A stretch of 16,490 nucleotides of DNA from an uncultured Pseudomonadota bacterium (GTDB lineage Bacteria; Oederibacteriota; Muellerivitia; Muellerivitales; Muellerivitaceae): NCBI GenBank assembly GCA_963843375.1, contig CAWJKT010000012.1:1-16490 (forward strand). Direction: 5' to 3'. Positions 15,693 through 16,490 of the stretch are shown here, piece by piece. How positions within the stretch are numbered: position 1 is the stretch's first letter; every line of letters begins with the position of its first letter. The notes under the pieces were generated by a model, which saw only the letters and a program-made list of their open reading frames with translations, ran no database searches and had not been told where the DNA came from. Both the position numbers and the translations under genes were made by a program.

Positions 15693-15734
15693 AAACCCGA
15701 GCCGCCCGAAAAGCGGTCTCGGGTTTTTTTGTTT
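15693..15734 (+). terminator. Intrinsic terminator (expression platform of aptamer 2)
   Basis: AAACCCGAG-CCGC ccgaaaa GCGG-t-CTCGGGTTT followed by TTTTGTTT, about 40 nt before the Prx start. Confidence 0.88.
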
Positions 15735-15772
15735 CACGGACCGCTAAGAATTAAATTTTTAGGAGGACTGTC

Positions 15773-16414
15773 ATGGCTTTAAGACTAGGGGATATAGCCC
15801 CGGATTTTACGCAGGATTCCAGCGAAGGTAAAATTCATTTTTACGATTGGGCCGGTAAGTCCTGGGTGGTGCTGTTTTCCCACCCGGCGGATTTCACGCC
15901 CGTTTGCACCACCGAATTGGGGGCCACGGCAAAATTGAAACCCGAATTCGAGAAAAGGGGCGTGAAGGTGGTTGCTCTTTCCGTGGATACCGTGGAAAAC
16001 CATAAGGGTTGGATTCCGGATATCAACGAGACCCAGGGCACCAAGGTCAATTTCCCAATTTTGGCGGATCACGACCATGAAGTGTCGCTTTTGTACGATT
16101 TGATCCATCCGAACTCGCTGGCCAACGCCACGGTCCGGTCGGTTTTTATCATCGACGCCGATAAGAAAATCCGGGCCACTATCACCTATCCGGCCAGCAC
16201 GGGCCGCAATTTCAACGAGATTTTGCGGGTCATCGATTCCTTGCAGTTGACTGACAACTACAAGGTGGCTACCCCGGTGAATTGGAAGGACGGGGAAGAC
16301 GTGGTTATCGTTCCAGCCTTAAAGGACGAGAACGAGTTGCGCGAGCGGTTCCCGAAGGGATTCAAGGTGGTTCGGCCTTACCTGCGCCTAACCGCCCAGC
16401 CGAACAAGAAGTAA
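15773..16414 (+). CDS. lsfA: 1-Cys peroxiredoxin (Prx6 subfamily, LsfA-like)
   Basis: AGGAGG SD. FSHPADFTPVCTTELG active-site motif, YPASTGRNFNEILRVIDSLQL and single Cys. The whole sequence closely resembles Pseudomonas LsfA as recalled. Confidence 0.93.
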   Translation: MALRLGDIAPDFTQDSSEGKIHFYDWAGKSWVVLFSHPADFTPVCTTELGATAKLKPEFEKRGVKVVALSVDTVENHKGWIPDINETQGTKVNFPILADHDHEVSLLYDLIHPNSLANATVRSVFIIDADKKIRATITYPASTGRNFNEILRVIDSLQLTDNYKVATPVNWKDGEDVVIVPALKDENELRERFPKGFKVVRPYLRLTAQPNKK

Positions 16415-16490
16415 GGGCTGGTTTCAAAGAGGGGGAAATTCCAAGGTCTTAAGGAGGTGATCGGAAAGTTTAAACTTGAAAGTTTCACGG

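Noticed and set aside
15563..15754. 63-aa ORF in the Prx leader
   Set aside because: No SD. It overlaps aptamer 2 and runs through its terminator, and RNA structure explains the sequence better.
16450..16462. Reverse complement of the 16S rRNA 3' end
   Set aside because: The match stops after GATC (no CAGCCGCA), so this is not an rRNA gene.

Overview
Bacterial window, apparently from a diderm, with all credible genes on the + strand. (1) 293-1612: secreted Gly/Ser-rich and extremely Trp-rich protein followed by an intrinsic terminator. (2) 2007-4979: an odd cluster of small genes: membrane/leader-like ORF, degenerate HPr lacking both phospho-sites, stand-alone HxxxCxxC zinc finger, helical unknown, intact HPr, IS630-like HTH fragment and a secreted unknown. 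(3) 5253-6623: calcineurin-like metallophosphoesterase. (4) 7102-11191: tightly coupled operon of ECF sigma, a membrane anti-sigma whose outer domain is FlgD/T9SS-CTD-like, a non-catalytic PA14+CBM9-like protein with a T9SS-type CTD, and a PorV-like barrel fused to TPR. (5) 11810-15250: modular GH30-malectin-Pro/Thr linker-CBM3-CTD glycoside hydrolase. (6) 15339-15734: sigma70 promoter and two tandem SAM-II/SAM-V-like pseudoknot aptamers, each with its own terminator and antiterminator, upstream of an LsfA-like 1-Cys peroxiredoxin (15773-16414). The two most striking items are the candidate CTD/PorV-based polysaccharide-sensing ECF system and the tandem riboswitch. All family assignments come from motif recognition by eye; no searches were run.
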